Positions 46,002 through 55,503 of a stretch of 64,000 nt of DNA are shown here, piece by piece. The translations under genes and the position numbers were made by a program. The first letter of the stretch is position 1; every line of letters starts with the position of its first letter. The notes under the pieces are model-generated. The model saw nothing but the letters and a program-made list of their open reading frames with translations. It had not been told where the DNA came from and did not search any database. Source of the stretch: an uncultured virus (IMG/VR IMGVR_UViG_2579779073_000002) (taxonomy: Duplodnaviria > Heunggongvirae > Uroviricota > Caudoviricetes); IMG/VR virus record IMGVR_UViG_2579779073_000002. The stretch is one strand, 5' to 3'.

Positions 46002-47510
46002 ATGCAGTATGATTTGAACAAGAAGCGCGGGTCCAACGTTGCGATTGACCGTGAATTGGCTGGCAATATTGAAAACCCTAGCTTTGATGTAATTAACTAT
46101 GCTATCAATCAACAACAGCAACGTATTGACCGTTATAACATGTTGGAACACTACTATGAGGGTAATCAGCACATCTTAAGCCGAAATCTTGAGATGGCGG
46201 CTAAGTTGGATCGTGCAGATGAAAAGGTAATGACGAACCACGCCAAATACATTACTGACATGATTACCGGCTTTACAACTGGTAATCCGGTATCCATTTC
46301 ACCGGCGAACGGTAAGGATATTAAAGCCATTACGGATGCTCAGGACCAAATGGATATTGATTCGCATAATACGGAGATGGAGAAAGATTTAAGCGTGTTT
46401 GGGTGTGCCTATGAGCTGCTATACATCAAAAAGGTGTCAGACGCAACTACCGAGTTGGCAATTGAAAAAATTGATCCGCGCGGCTGTGTGCTGGTAACGG
46501 ATGACACGTTAGATAAAAATCCGCTGTTTGGTATTTACTACGTGGAAAAGAAGGACCTGCTTGGTAATGCTAAGGGTTATTTGATTACTGTCTATACGGC
46601 CCACTGGATTATTCAGTATCGAACCAAGACAGGACGAGTGCTATCAGATGCTAATTTGGCAAGCAAACCTAAGGCCATTCAACATTATTTTAATGGTGTC
46701 CCACTTATTGAGTATCGTAATAACGAAGAGCGTCAAGGTGATTTTGAGCAAACGATTAGCCTAATCAACGCCTATAACGAATTACAGTCAGACCGTATCA
46801 CCGATAAAAAGAACTTCGTGGATGCCTTGCTGGTAGTCTATGGCTTTACCCTAGATGAGGGCGAGGACGGTGAAGGAGCTAACTTGAAGGACGGTATTCT
46901 AGAAGCGCCTGGTAAAGGCGACCAGGGTGCTAGCGTTGAATGGTTGACCAAGAGCTTTGACGAATCACAGCTACAAGTACTTGTTAAGTCGATTAAGGAT
47001 GACATTCATCAAACGTCTTACGTCCCTAACATGAATGACGAAAACTTTGCAGGGACGATTAGCGGTGAAGCTATGAAATACAAGCTATTCGGTTTACTCC
47101 AATTGTTAGCGACTAAGCAGCGATACTTAACACGTGGAATTCGCCAGCGTCTACAACTGATGCAGAACATTTTAGCGTTTAAAGGCCAGTCAGTAGATGC
47201 CTCCGGAGCGACAATTAATATTGTTCCTGATATTCCAGTCAACATGGCGGATGTCATTAGCAATATCAAGAATGCTGAAGGTGTCATTCCGCAATTGGTA
47301 TCACTCGGGTGGTTGCCTGGGACCAATGACCCGCAAGAGTTGATTAAGATGCTGGATCAGGAAAAGGAAAAAGCACTCAAGCTACAGCAGAAAGCTATGG
47401 GCGGCGAGCCTGCCACAGATAACGAGGAGGTAACTGCGGATGATTCTGGCAACGTTTCATTTAAACAAAAAGCAGGTAGTGAGTTATCAGATAACGGGCC
47501 ACGCGAATAG
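46002..47510 (+). CDS. SPP1 gp6-like portal
   Basis: YYEGNQ, NHAKYITD, NNEERQGDFE, SGEAMKYKL. Confidence 0.92.
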   Translation: MQYDLNKKRGSNVAIDRELAGNIENPSFDVINYAINQQQQRIDRYNMLEHYYEGNQHILSRNLEMAAKLDRADEKVMTNHAKYITDMITGFTTGNPVSISPANGKDIKAITDAQDQMDIDSHNTEMEKDLSVFGCAYELLYIKKVSDATTELAIEKIDPRGCVLVTDDTLDKNPLFGIYYVEKKDLLGNAKGYLITVYTAHWIIQYRTKTGRVLSDANLASKPKAIQHYFNGVPLIEYRNNEERQGDFEQTISLINAYNELQSDRITDKKNFVDALLVVYGFTLDEGEDGEGANLKDGILEAPGKGDQGASVEWLTKSFDESQLQVLVKSIKDDIHQTSYVPNMNDENFAGTISGEAMKYKLFGLLQLLATKQRYLTRGIRQRLQLMQNILAFKGQSVDASGATINIVPDIPVNMADVISNIKNAEGVIPQLVSLGWLPGTNDPQELIKMLDQEKEKALKLQQKAMGGEPATDNEEVTADDSGNVSFKQKAGSELSDNGPRE

Positions 47511-47736
47511 TGCTATTAAGGGCCATGACCTAGTTTGTGCTGCTGTTTCGGTGCTTGGCCAAGCCATCACTAATGAGCTATCTAACGCCACTATTAAAGA
47601 AAATGGTGGCTTGTTTATTGGATTGATTGAGCCCAGTGCTGATAACAAAGTTCTGTGTGAGACCTTATTACACGGACTACAAGATATTTCAGCACAATAT
47701 CCTCAGAATTTGCAAGTGGTGGTGAAGGGCAATTAA
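47440..47736 (+). CDS. prp: Prp-family (ribosomal processing) cysteine protease
   Basis: ITGHA...DLVCAAVS catalytic His/Cys; QYPQNL end. Confidence 0.85.
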   Translation: MILATFHLNKKQVVSYQITGHANSAIKGHDLVCAAVSVLGQAITNELSNATIKENGGLFIGLIEPSADNKVLCETLLHGLQDISAQYPQNLQVVVKGN

Positions 47737-47882
47737 CTCAGAATTGAATAAAATCATTAAAACGATTGGTGTATTTGTGATCGTGATAATTAAAATGCTT
47801 GGATTAGTTTCGCTTGGATGGAAGCCAATTACAGGCATTTTAATTTTGCTGTATTTGATTTTATAAGCTCGGAGGTGTAGGA

Positions 47883-49568
47883 GTGGCGGATGACAAACGC
47901 AAGTTAAGTTACTGGCAACTGCGAGCCGTTCAGAGCGAACAGAAATCACATGATGCTGCAACCAAACAAGCGACTATCATTGCGAGGGCGTACATGCGTG
48001 CTCAGAACTATTTGACTGGTGAGGTATCACAGATATACAAACGATATTTTACGGACGGTAAAGCGACGGAGGCCGAGGCACAACAGATTTTAAACACCAA
48101 TGTTAGTCCGACTGAGTTAGTAACGTTACAGGCCCTGGCTGATAATGTCAGTGATAAGGAGTCAAAGAAGCAAGTGACTAACTACTTATCACAGATGGCA
48201 GCTAAGGGCCGTATTACCAGATTGGAAGAGCTCAAGGCTAAGAGCTACATTGCGGTGAAACAAGCGGCATCTGTTGAGATTGAGAAGTCCACGAACCTTT
48301 ATACCAAGGTAATTCAAGAAGCACTTGATCAGGCAACTAACGAGAGTATTATAGGTGACTTTGATAAAGACGTCATTCTTCCGGGCGTGAGCGCTGATAG
48401 TCAGCCTAAAATGCACACTAGAACTATCTTTGACCCTAAAACGGGTAAAGAGATGGTAACAGTTAAAGTGAACCCAGACGAACCAATAACACGGTTTAAA
48501 GAGTTGTCAGGGAAGTACGTTAAGGCTATATTAGATGCGCCGTTTAAAGGCAAGAACTACTCTAAACGGATTTGGCATAACACGGACCAACTAGCCGACC
48601 GACTCAGTGAACTATTCACGGCTCAGCAGATGAGTGGTATGCGTGAGCGTGACATGGTACAAGCTTTAGCTAAGGAGTTTGGAACTAGCAGTTACAATAC
48701 GCGACGATTGATTAGAACAGAAGCCAACTACTTTCATAATCAAACGAAGCTCAATGAATGGAAACGACGCGGGGTTAAAAAGTACCAACTGGTTGCCGTG
48801 CTGGATATGCGGACTTCAAAAATCTGTCGTAGTATTGACGGCCGTGTATTTAACGTAGATGAAGCGGAAGTGAATGTTAATTTTCCGCCGTTACATCCAT
48901 TTTGCCGAACTGTCGCAATCATCTATTTGTCAGATAGCCAGTACATGATGCAACGGACAGCGAATGATCCAATTACTGGTGAAAAGCTCAAGCTGAAGCC
49001 GGATGCTACTTATCAGGATTGGCGCCAGGCAGTAATCTTAAAGCATGGTCCGCAGGCTTTCGATAGTTTAGATAATCGGGTTGGCAATCGTCGGTATGAT
49101 ACTACCCAGTATGATGAATACAAACGGATTTTAGGTGGAGATAACGTACCCGAAACATTCGAAGATTTTCAAACGATGAAGTATAATGACAGTGATAGTT
49201 ATCAGAACCTGTTGAAAGTAGCGCGCGAGGTTCGGCGCGAACAATTTGCGTTGAACAATGTACACAATTTTGGTGAAGTGCACGGTGTTCCGTATCAACA
49301 GGAAGCCAACTCAGTTTTTGACCGTTATGTCGATGGACAACTAGTTACACGAAGATATTATGGTAAGACAGGAAAGGCCCGGCTGGACATTGATTTTACC
49401 GACCATGGTAATGCTAAAATGCACACGATTGTGCCACACGCGCATCCCTGGTTACGCGTTACAAAGAAAAATGGCAAGATTGTTCCCCGGCGTGAAGAAC
49501 CTGGGCGGAAATTAACGATTGCAGAAAGGATTGTGAATAAAGATGGTGGTAAGACGAGTAAAAGCTGA
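47883..49568 (+). CDS. MuF/SPP1 gp7 minor capsid protein with C-terminal toxin-like extension
   Basis: RLIRTE, DMRTSKIC, PPLHPFCR; His-rich tail DHGNAKMH..VPHAHPW. Confidence 0.8.
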   Translation: MADDKRKLSYWQLRAVQSEQKSHDAATKQATIIARAYMRAQNYLTGEVSQIYKRYFTDGKATEAEAQQILNTNVSPTELVTLQALADNVSDKESKKQVTNYLSQMAAKGRITRLEELKAKSYIAVKQAASVEIEKSTNLYTKVIQEALDQATNESIIGDFDKDVILPGVSADSQPKMHTRTIFDPKTGKEMVTVKVNPDEPITRFKELSGKYVKAILDAPFKGKNYSKRIWHNTDQLADRLSELFTAQQMSGMRERDMVQALAKEFGTSSYNTRRLIRTEANYFHNQTKLNEWKRRGVKKYQLVAVLDMRTSKICRSIDGRVFNVDEAEVNVNFPPLHPFCRTVAIIYLSDSQYMMQRTANDPITGEKLKLKPDATYQDWRQAVILKHGPQAFDSLDNRVGNRRYDTTQYDEYKRILGGDNVPETFEDFQTMKYNDSDSYQNLLKVAREVRREQFALNNVHNFGEVHGVPYQQEANSVFDRYVDGQLVTRRYYGKTGKARLDIDFTDHGNAKMHTIVPHAHPWLRVTKKNGKIVPRREEPGRKLTIAERIVNKDGGKTSKS

Positions 49569-49821
49569 TTCGGATCACTTAGAGTCTTTGGAGCAACTTC
49601 GATTTGCGTTAGATGTTCGTATGGAGGTTCAAATCAAAATCAATGATGTTGAGTGGTACATTGGCTTTGACAGTGAGGGCAAACGTATCATTTCTAAAGA
49701 TAATGGTGATTTTGATTATCACTTCAAAGATACTGACGACGTTGATGAGATTCTTGATTATGTAATTGATGGCAAGAAAATCCGTGACCAATGGCAAGAT
49801 ATCGTTATTGTTGCAATGTAG
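49543..49821 (+). CDS. Small acidic protein, candidate immunity protein
   Basis: Overlaps the muF 3' end; followed by a terminator-like hairpin. Confidence 0.55.
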   Translation: MVVRRVKADSDHLESLEQLRFALDVRMEVQIKINDVEWYIGFDSEGKRIISKDNGDFDYHFKDTDDVDEILDYVIDGKKIRDQWQDIVIVAM

Positions 49822-49872
49822 GGCGTTCAATCATTTTGATTGGGCGTTTTTTAGTACGACGAGGAGAACACG

Positions 49873-50079
49873 ATGAGTAAAGATAATTCGGATTTAATGC
49901 GTTACACCGAGATGGCAATGAAGGGCTTGACGTTTGACGCTGACACGGAGCAAGGCTTTAAGCTCATGACGGATGCATTTCTAACATGTTATGAGGAAGC
50001 ACTTAATAAAGGATATGATCAAGTAACAGCAATACAAACCGCCACGATGATCCTTTCGACAATGTTCCATCAGGATTAG
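49873..50079 (+). CDS. Hypothetical protein
   Basis: GAGGAG RBS. Confidence 0.55.
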   Translation: MSKDNSDLMRYTEMAMKGLTFDADTEQGFKLMTDAFLTCYEEALNKGYDQVTAIQTATMILSTMFHQD

Positions 50080-50251
50080 CATGGATGACCTGAGCACGTC
50101 TCTAAACTACTCAAACTAAATAGCATGCGTGGGTCTGATAATGACGCCACGGTCAATTTAGCACAATGTGTGGGGCTCTTAGAGTAATGCACGGGGTGCT
50201 TTTTTTGTGGCCTGAGTTATCGGAAATGCGTGGGCGTGGAGGAATTTAATT

Positions 50252-50929
50252 ATGAAAAAGCTACTCAAACTAAAGATGAATTTACAGATGTTTGCTGACG
50301 GTGATAATGGAACTGGCGGGGATGAAGGTAGCAATCAGACGGCTGATAGCACGCCTAACACAATCGACGCCAATCAAAATAGCAACAATGACGACTCTGA
50401 CCAAGACAATCAGGCAGATACGCCGTTTAAATCGTTTGCTAGTGAAAAGGACTGGCAATCAAGTGTTGATAAGCTGATTGCTTCGGCAATTAAAACACAT
50501 GATGAAAAACAGGCTAGTGAAGCTCAGCAGCAAAAAGATTACGACAAGATGACTGACCTGGAAAAGGCCAACTATGATAAAGACCAATTAACCAAGCAAC
50601 TTGCTGAATCACAGCGCCATGGAACTATTGTTGAAAATAAAGCTAAAGTTACGGCCCGACTGGGTGCAGACGATTTGCCGACAGCGCTGATTGCGGCTTT
50701 TGGTGATGATGTTTTAGCAGATGATAAAGGCGTGGAAGCGGCTTACACTGCAATCAGTAAGTCATTTACAGAGAGCTTACAGCAAGCAATCGATAAGCGA
50801 ATCGCAAGCAGTGGGACCACATTGCCGGCTGCTAATACATCCGCAAATAAATCTGAAGGTGCAACAGCAGCTGAAAAATTAAATAACTCGCAAAAGCCAG
50901 CAAAGTCCAGTTTATGGGCGACAAAATAA
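50252..50929 (+). CDS. Capsid scaffold protein (DUF4355-like)
   Basis: LKMNLQMFA leader, acidic linker, coiled coil. Confidence 0.85.
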   Translation: MKKLLKLKMNLQMFADGDNGTGGDEGSNQTADSTPNTIDANQNSNNDDSDQDNQADTPFKSFASEKDWQSSVDKLIASAIKTHDEKQASEAQQQKDYDKMTDLEKANYDKDQLTKQLAESQRHGTIVENKAKVTARLGADDLPTALIAAFGDDVLADDKGVEAAYTAISKSFTESLQQAIDKRIASSGTTLPAANTSANKSEGATAAEKLNNSQKPAKSSLWATK

Positions 50930-50943
50930 GGAGGTACTAGATT

Positions 50944-51294
50944 ATGGCTTATGTATTTGATAAAGGAACAGTAGAACAAAAGAATTTCATGGCATCTGAA
51001 AAGTTTGTATCATTCTCACGTCAGGTTGATAATACCAGTTACGCGGTGAAGACGGATGCTTTTGGACATAAAGTTATCCCAGCCGGCACGATTTATCCAA
51101 CTAACGACGCTAAGGCAGAAGGAGTCACGATTAATGAAGTGGACGTTACACATGGTCCTCAAATGGTTGGCGTGATTGTTGAAGGCTATTTATTTGGCCA
51201 ACGCTTACCAGTGGCGCCAACAGCTGAGGCTATCACGGCATTAAAGAAGATTACTTTCACTGATACGGACGCCGCCGCCGTATCACAAGCCTAA
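50944..51294 (+). CDS. Probable head decoration protein
   Basis: KVIPAGT motif; position between scaffold and capsid. Confidence 0.65.
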   Translation: MAYVFDKGTVEQKNFMASEKFVSFSRQVDNTSYAVKTDAFGHKVIPAGTIYPTNDAKAEGVTINEVDVTHGPQMVGVIVEGYLFGQRLPVAPTAEAITALKKITFTDTDAAAVSQA

Positions 51295-51313
51295 TTAAAG
51301 GAGGAGAAAACAA

Positions 51314-52336
51314 ATGGCTCAAATTTCAGATTTATTCACGCAACATGATTTAATCGATTTTTCATTGAATCGGCAGTATCCAGCGATGCAAGGTGATGAA
51401 CTATTCCCAGCAATCAAAGTCAACTCACTAACTGTTGATATCTTGAAACGTCAAAATCGAATTCCAGTGATTGCATCCTATGCGGCTTTTGATAGTGAAG
51501 CCGAAATTGGCAGTCGGTCTGCCTCGGGCGCTGCCATCGAACTGGCTTTGATTAAGCGCAAGATGCAGATTAAAGAAAAAGATTTGTATGCGATGCTCAA
51601 TCCGCGGACGCCCGCAGAAGCTAGCTACTTGCAACAACATGTTTATAACGACTTTGATGTGCTCAATCAAGGCGTTTTAGCACGAATTGAAAAGACCGCT
51701 ATGGACGTTTTAGCAACAGGTAAGACTATTTTGCCAGATGAAAGTGGTAAACTTGCTGTCCAACTTGATTATCAAGTTCCGACTGAACATCAGGAAGCTT
51801 TGACTGGAGCTGCTACATGGGATAACGGCGACGCGGATATCCTTGGTGATATTACGCGCTGGTGCGATAAGATGGATATTACACCAACCCGGGCGCTAAC
51901 TAGTCGGAAGATTTATCGATTGATTACGACTAATACCAAAGTTCTACAAGCCGTGTATGGTAACTCTACTCGGGCACTTGGACAAGCCGACTTTGACACC
52001 TTCATGCAGGCACAAGGTTTACCAATTTTTCGGACTTATGATCAAAAATATACCCAAGTCGGAAAAGATGGCAAGATTACCAAGAGTCGTTACTTCCCAG
52101 AAAATCGACTTGTCTTAATGAACGATGACCCGATTGGTAATAAAGTGTTTGGACCAACTCCAGAAGAGTTAGCACAATTCAGTGGCCCAGCGCAAATTAA
52201 CGCTGTGGGTAATGTTTACGATATGATTTATACCGAAACTAATGATCCAATTGGGACTTGGGAAAAAGCCTCAGCAGTTGCGCTTCCAGCGTTTGCCGCG
52301 GCGGATGAGGTATTTCAAGCTCAGGTTTTAGCCTAG
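51314..52336 (+). CDS. Major capsid protein (lambda gpE-like family)
   Basis: Size, position, GDELFP...FPENRLV..GPTPEE. Confidence 0.85.
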   Translation: MAQISDLFTQHDLIDFSLNRQYPAMQGDELFPAIKVNSLTVDILKRQNRIPVIASYAAFDSEAEIGSRSASGAAIELALIKRKMQIKEKDLYAMLNPRTPAEASYLQQHVYNDFDVLNQGVLARIEKTAMDVLATGKTILPDESGKLAVQLDYQVPTEHQEALTGAATWDNGDADILGDITRWCDKMDITPTRALTSRKIYRLITTNTKVLQAVYGNSTRALGQADFDTFMQAQGLPIFRTYDQKYTQVGKDGKITKSRYFPENRLVLMNDDPIGNKVFGPTPEELAQFSGPAQINAVGNVYDMIYTETNDPIGTWEKASAVALPAFAAADEVFQAQVLA

Positions 52337-52342
52337 AGGTGA

Positions 52343-52525
52343 TTGATAATGAAGGTTCGCGTTAAAGATTACCCAATTCGGTATAAAGATACTCGGTATA
52401 AAAAAGGTGATGAGCTCAGCATTACGCAAGACGCGTTCAATGATGAGCTTTTTGTTTGTCTTGATAAGCAGAAGGACGAGAAAACTGCCGATAATGCTCA
52501 GTTAGAAACAGACGACGAAGAATAG
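52343..52525 (+). CDS. Small head-associated protein
   Basis: GAGGTG RBS; YKKGD motif. Confidence 0.55.
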   Translation: MIMKVRVKDYPIRYKDTRYKKGDELSITQDAFNDELFVCLDKQKDEKTADNAQLETDDEE

Positions 52526-52536
52526 AGGATGATCGT

Positions 52537-52869
52537 ATGGCTAAACCAAGCCCACCAGATAAGGCGGGACAATTGACAAGACTATATACGCGATTAGGTG
52601 TTGAGAAAGACACGCCGGATGCTGCAGTGGTTGATGACATCTTTGATGACGCTGTTCAAACGTGCTTGGATTATACCCGGTCTTCACTCTCGACACCGAT
52701 TCTAATTCAGGCAAAACGGCTTGCCATTATCATGTACAACGAGCAAGGAACAGAAGGCGAAGCATCGAGGTCAGAAGGCGGCGTTTCTCAATCGTTTGAA
52801 CTGGGACTACCTAACATAATTAAAACCGCGCTAGCACCTTACCGAGTCGCGAAAACGAGGCGATTCTAA
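52537..52869 (+). CDS. Head-tail connector (SPP1 gp15-like)
   Basis: YNEQGTEGEASRSEGGVSQSF. Confidence 0.85.
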   Translation: MAKPSPPDKAGQLTRLYTRLGVEKDTPDAAVVDDIFDDAVQTCLDYTRSSLSTPILIQAKRLAIIMYNEQGTEGEASRSEGGVSQSFELGLPNIIKTALAPYRVAKTRRF

Positions 52870-53207
52870 TGCGCCTTAGACCAACAGACCTGACAACTGT
52901 TTATTTACGACAACAACAATCAGGTCACGATGATGAAGGTAATGTCATTACGGCGGGATGGAGCAATCCAATTGCAGTGAGGATGAACATTCAAGCTGCT
53001 GGCGGTTCAGTGAATGCGCAAATCTGGGGCAAAGACCTTAAGTACATTAAATCTGGTAAGTATCAAGGTAATCAGATCAATGAAGGTCAACAAGAAAATT
53101 GGGGTGTTTGTGTCAATGTTACTAAAGATAGCGAGCCAGATTACGTTATCAATTCGATACAAACATTCAGCACCCATAAAAATATCACTTTAGAGCAACG
53201 TAAATGA
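52869..53207 (+). CDS. Head closure protein
   Basis: Synteny; DDEGN...W motif. Confidence 0.6.
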   Translation: MRLRPTDLTTVYLRQQQSGHDDEGNVITAGWSNPIAVRMNIQAAGGSVNAQIWGKDLKYIKSGKYQGNQINEGQQENWGVCVNVTKDSEPDYVINSIQTFSTHKNITLEQRK

Positions 53208-53217
53208 GGCGAATAGG

Positions 53218-53769
53218 ATGGCTAAAGTTGAATGGCGTGGCAGTGATAAGCTGAAAGCTCAGCTCAAAAAAATGCCCAGTGTGGTTCACGATGCCATCTG
53301 GGATGCTACTTTTGATGTTGTTGAGAAAGCAGAGGGCTATGCAGTCAAAGAACTTCAATCCAGCGTTAAGTATGGAAATGGTGAGTTAGCTCGAAGTATT
53401 AAATATGAGGTTGTCGATAGTGATGGCAAGATTGTCGGTCGTGTCTGGTCCGATGACCCAGTAGCGCTATTTCGTGAGCTCGGTACTGGACGAGTGGGTG
53501 AGGAGTCGCAAAAAGATTTACCCGATGGATTTACACCAGTGTACAGGCAAACGCCTTGGTTCATTCCTGCTGATGACGTTGATACTGACCTGAGTGAACT
53601 GTATGGTATGCCTAAAATCGAAATCGACGGACACACATTCTATCGGACAAGCGGTCAACCCGCCCGCCAGTTTTTAACCCCCGCCGTCAAACAAGCCAGT
53701 CGTGAGGCACCAGAGATGATTAAGCAGAGTGTGGAGGCCGCACTCCATAACAAATTAGGGGGTAGTTGA
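53218..53769 (+). CDS. HK97 gp10-like neck/tail completion protein
   Basis: GELARSI, ELGTG, QPARQFLTPA. Confidence 0.8.
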   Translation: MAKVEWRGSDKLKAQLKKMPSVVHDAIWDATFDVVEKAEGYAVKELQSSVKYGNGELARSIKYEVVDSDGKIVGRVWSDDPVALFRELGTGRVGEESQKDLPDGFTPVYRQTPWFIPADDVDTDLSELYGMPKIEIDGHTFYRTSGQPARQFLTPAVKQASREAPEMIKQSVEAALHNKLGGS

Positions 53770-54134
53770 TGGTAATTATTAATGTGAAGTCAGTAGTGTA
53801 TCAAGCACTAACGGCTATACCGGAAATTAAACAGGTCTCAACCACGTACCCAGATAATTTAACGGTGTTCCCAATCGCTGTATACAACACGGCACATAAA
53901 GCCTATTTTCGTGATGCTAATCAGCAAGAGTTGCAAACGGAATGGACGATCACAATTGACCTCTTCTTAAAAGAAGGTAGCACAACGGCAATCACGAATA
54001 AGCTCATGTCATCATTTGGTGATATGGGCTTTTCAAGCGATGTTGGTGATAGCAATTTAGCGGGTGTGAATCGCACTGTATTACGATTTACTGGTGTTGT
54101 TGATAACACTAGTCACCGCGTATTTGAAAGTTGA
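53766..54134 (+). CDS. Tail terminator-like protein
   Basis: Synteny before the major tail protein. Confidence 0.6.
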   Translation: MMVIINVKSVVYQALTAIPEIKQVSTTYPDNLTVFPIAVYNTAHKAYFRDANQQELQTEWTITIDLFLKEGSTTAITNKLMSSFGDMGFSSDVGDSNLAGVNRTVLRFTGVVDNTSHRVFES

Positions 54135-54142
54135 AAGGATGA

Positions 54143-54619
54143 TTGAAATTGAAAAAGAATTTAACAGTATTTGATTTACAACGATTTGCTGCAGACGCTA
54201 GTGCCGGGCTTGCCGGAACAGGGACCAAGCTTGAAATGTCAGTGGATGGCACTAAGTTTGATGAAATTGGCGGTATTAAGACCGTTCCTGACATGGGTTC
54301 AGACCCAGAAAATATTGATGTGACTGATTTATCAGATACGAAAAAGAAGTCAGTTCCTGGGATTGAAAATACATCAACGTTAGCTTTTACCTTTGTGTAC
54401 AAGGGCAGCAACTTTGCAACGGCTTTAACGCACAATGGTGACAATAAGCAATATAAATGGAAGGTCACTTATCCTGATGGGATGACAGCTTCTTTCACTG
54501 GCTCATATACCGTCAAAATGGGTAACGTTGCTGTCAACGGAGCACTTGAATACACGATTTCGATTATCGTATCGGACGGACCGGACTTTGCAACGGCCAG
54601 TAGTAGCGCCGGAGCTTAG
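54143..54619 (+). CDS. Major tail (tube) protein
   Basis: PDMGSDPENIDVTDL...YPDG..F.G; N-terminal FDLQRFA leader. Confidence 0.85.
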   Translation: MKLKKNLTVFDLQRFAADASAGLAGTGTKLEMSVDGTKFDEIGGIKTVPDMGSDPENIDVTDLSDTKKKSVPGIENTSTLAFTFVYKGSNFATALTHNGDNKQYKWKVTYPDGMTASFTGSYTVKMGNVAVNGALEYTISIIVSDGPDFATASSSAGA

Positions 54620-54718
54620 AACCGTCACATTTTATCCAGATAATAATTAACTTGAGTAAGAGACGAGTAGGCCAGCAGGCTGATATGAGACGAATAATAA
54701 AAATGGAGGAACTACGTT

Positions 54719-55117
54719 ATGACAGTAAAGAAAGCAACTAAGAAGTTTGAAATGGGTGGATTACAACTTGAATTAAAGTTAACAGGCCGTGATATTTTGA
54801 ATATTGAAAAACGCTTGGGTAAATCTATGATGTCGCTCTTTATGAGTGCGGATGGCGGAATGAAATTGCCACCATTGAATGAAATGCTTATCGTATTGCA
54901 AGGTTCGAACCAAACTCACGGCGTTACTGATAACGACATTTTTGCTGCCTTTGAAAAATATTTTGATGAAGGTCATGCCCCAATGGATTTATTTACAGTG
55001 CTAACAGACTTATTCCAGGAATCTGGTTTTTTCGGCAAGACAGCTTCGGCTTCGAAGACGAATACGGAATCGGAAGTCACTCTGGACAACGAACCAACGA
55101 CCGAGACGACACTTTAA
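54719..55117 (+). CDS. Tail assembly chaperone (gpG analogue)
   Basis: Synteny; slippery T TTT TTC at 55027-55033. Confidence 0.75.
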   Translation: MTVKKATKKFEMGGLQLELKLTGRDILNIEKRLGKSMMSLFMSADGGMKLPPLNEMLIVLQGSNQTHGVTDNDIFAAFEKYFDEGHAPMDLFTVLTDLFQESGFFGKTASASKTNTESEVTLDNEPTTETTL

Positions 55118-55488
55118 GCAATAATTACCAGACTGTTTCTGAGTTGCTAAGTGCTATTTACCCATTGGCCGTGCAATCTGGGATTGATTCTGACCACTTT
55201 TGGGAACTTGATTTTGGTGAACTCATGGTTCAAGTAATCGCAAATAATCGTAACCGTATAGATGATATGCGAATGAGAGCGGTAATGGATCACAAGCAAG
55301 CTGAGATGATGGCATTTGCTTTGAACGACCCTAGCAAAATGCCATCGGTTGAAGAGGCTTATCCATTTATCAAAACAGCGACTAGTACATCGTCGGATTC
55401 TGTTCCTGAATGGAAACGGGACCAGTTGCTTCTAATGCAGCAATCGCAAAAGATTAAGACAGCCCGAAAATTCAAAAAAACTACATAG
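55033..55488 (+). CDS. -1 frameshift extension of the tail chaperone (gpGT analogue)
   Basis: The -1 frame is open from the slippery site into track ORF 55144-55488. Confidence 0.7.
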   Translation, partial: RQDSFGFEDEYGIGSHSGQRTNDRDDTLSNNYQTVSELLSAIYPLAVQSGIDSDHFWELDFGELMVQVIANNRNRIDDMRMRAVMDHKQAEMMAFALNDPSKMPSVEEAYPFIKTATSTSSDSVPEWKRDQLLLMQQSQKIKTARKFKKTT

Positions 55489-55503
55489 GAAGGGGGAAAC
55501 AAC

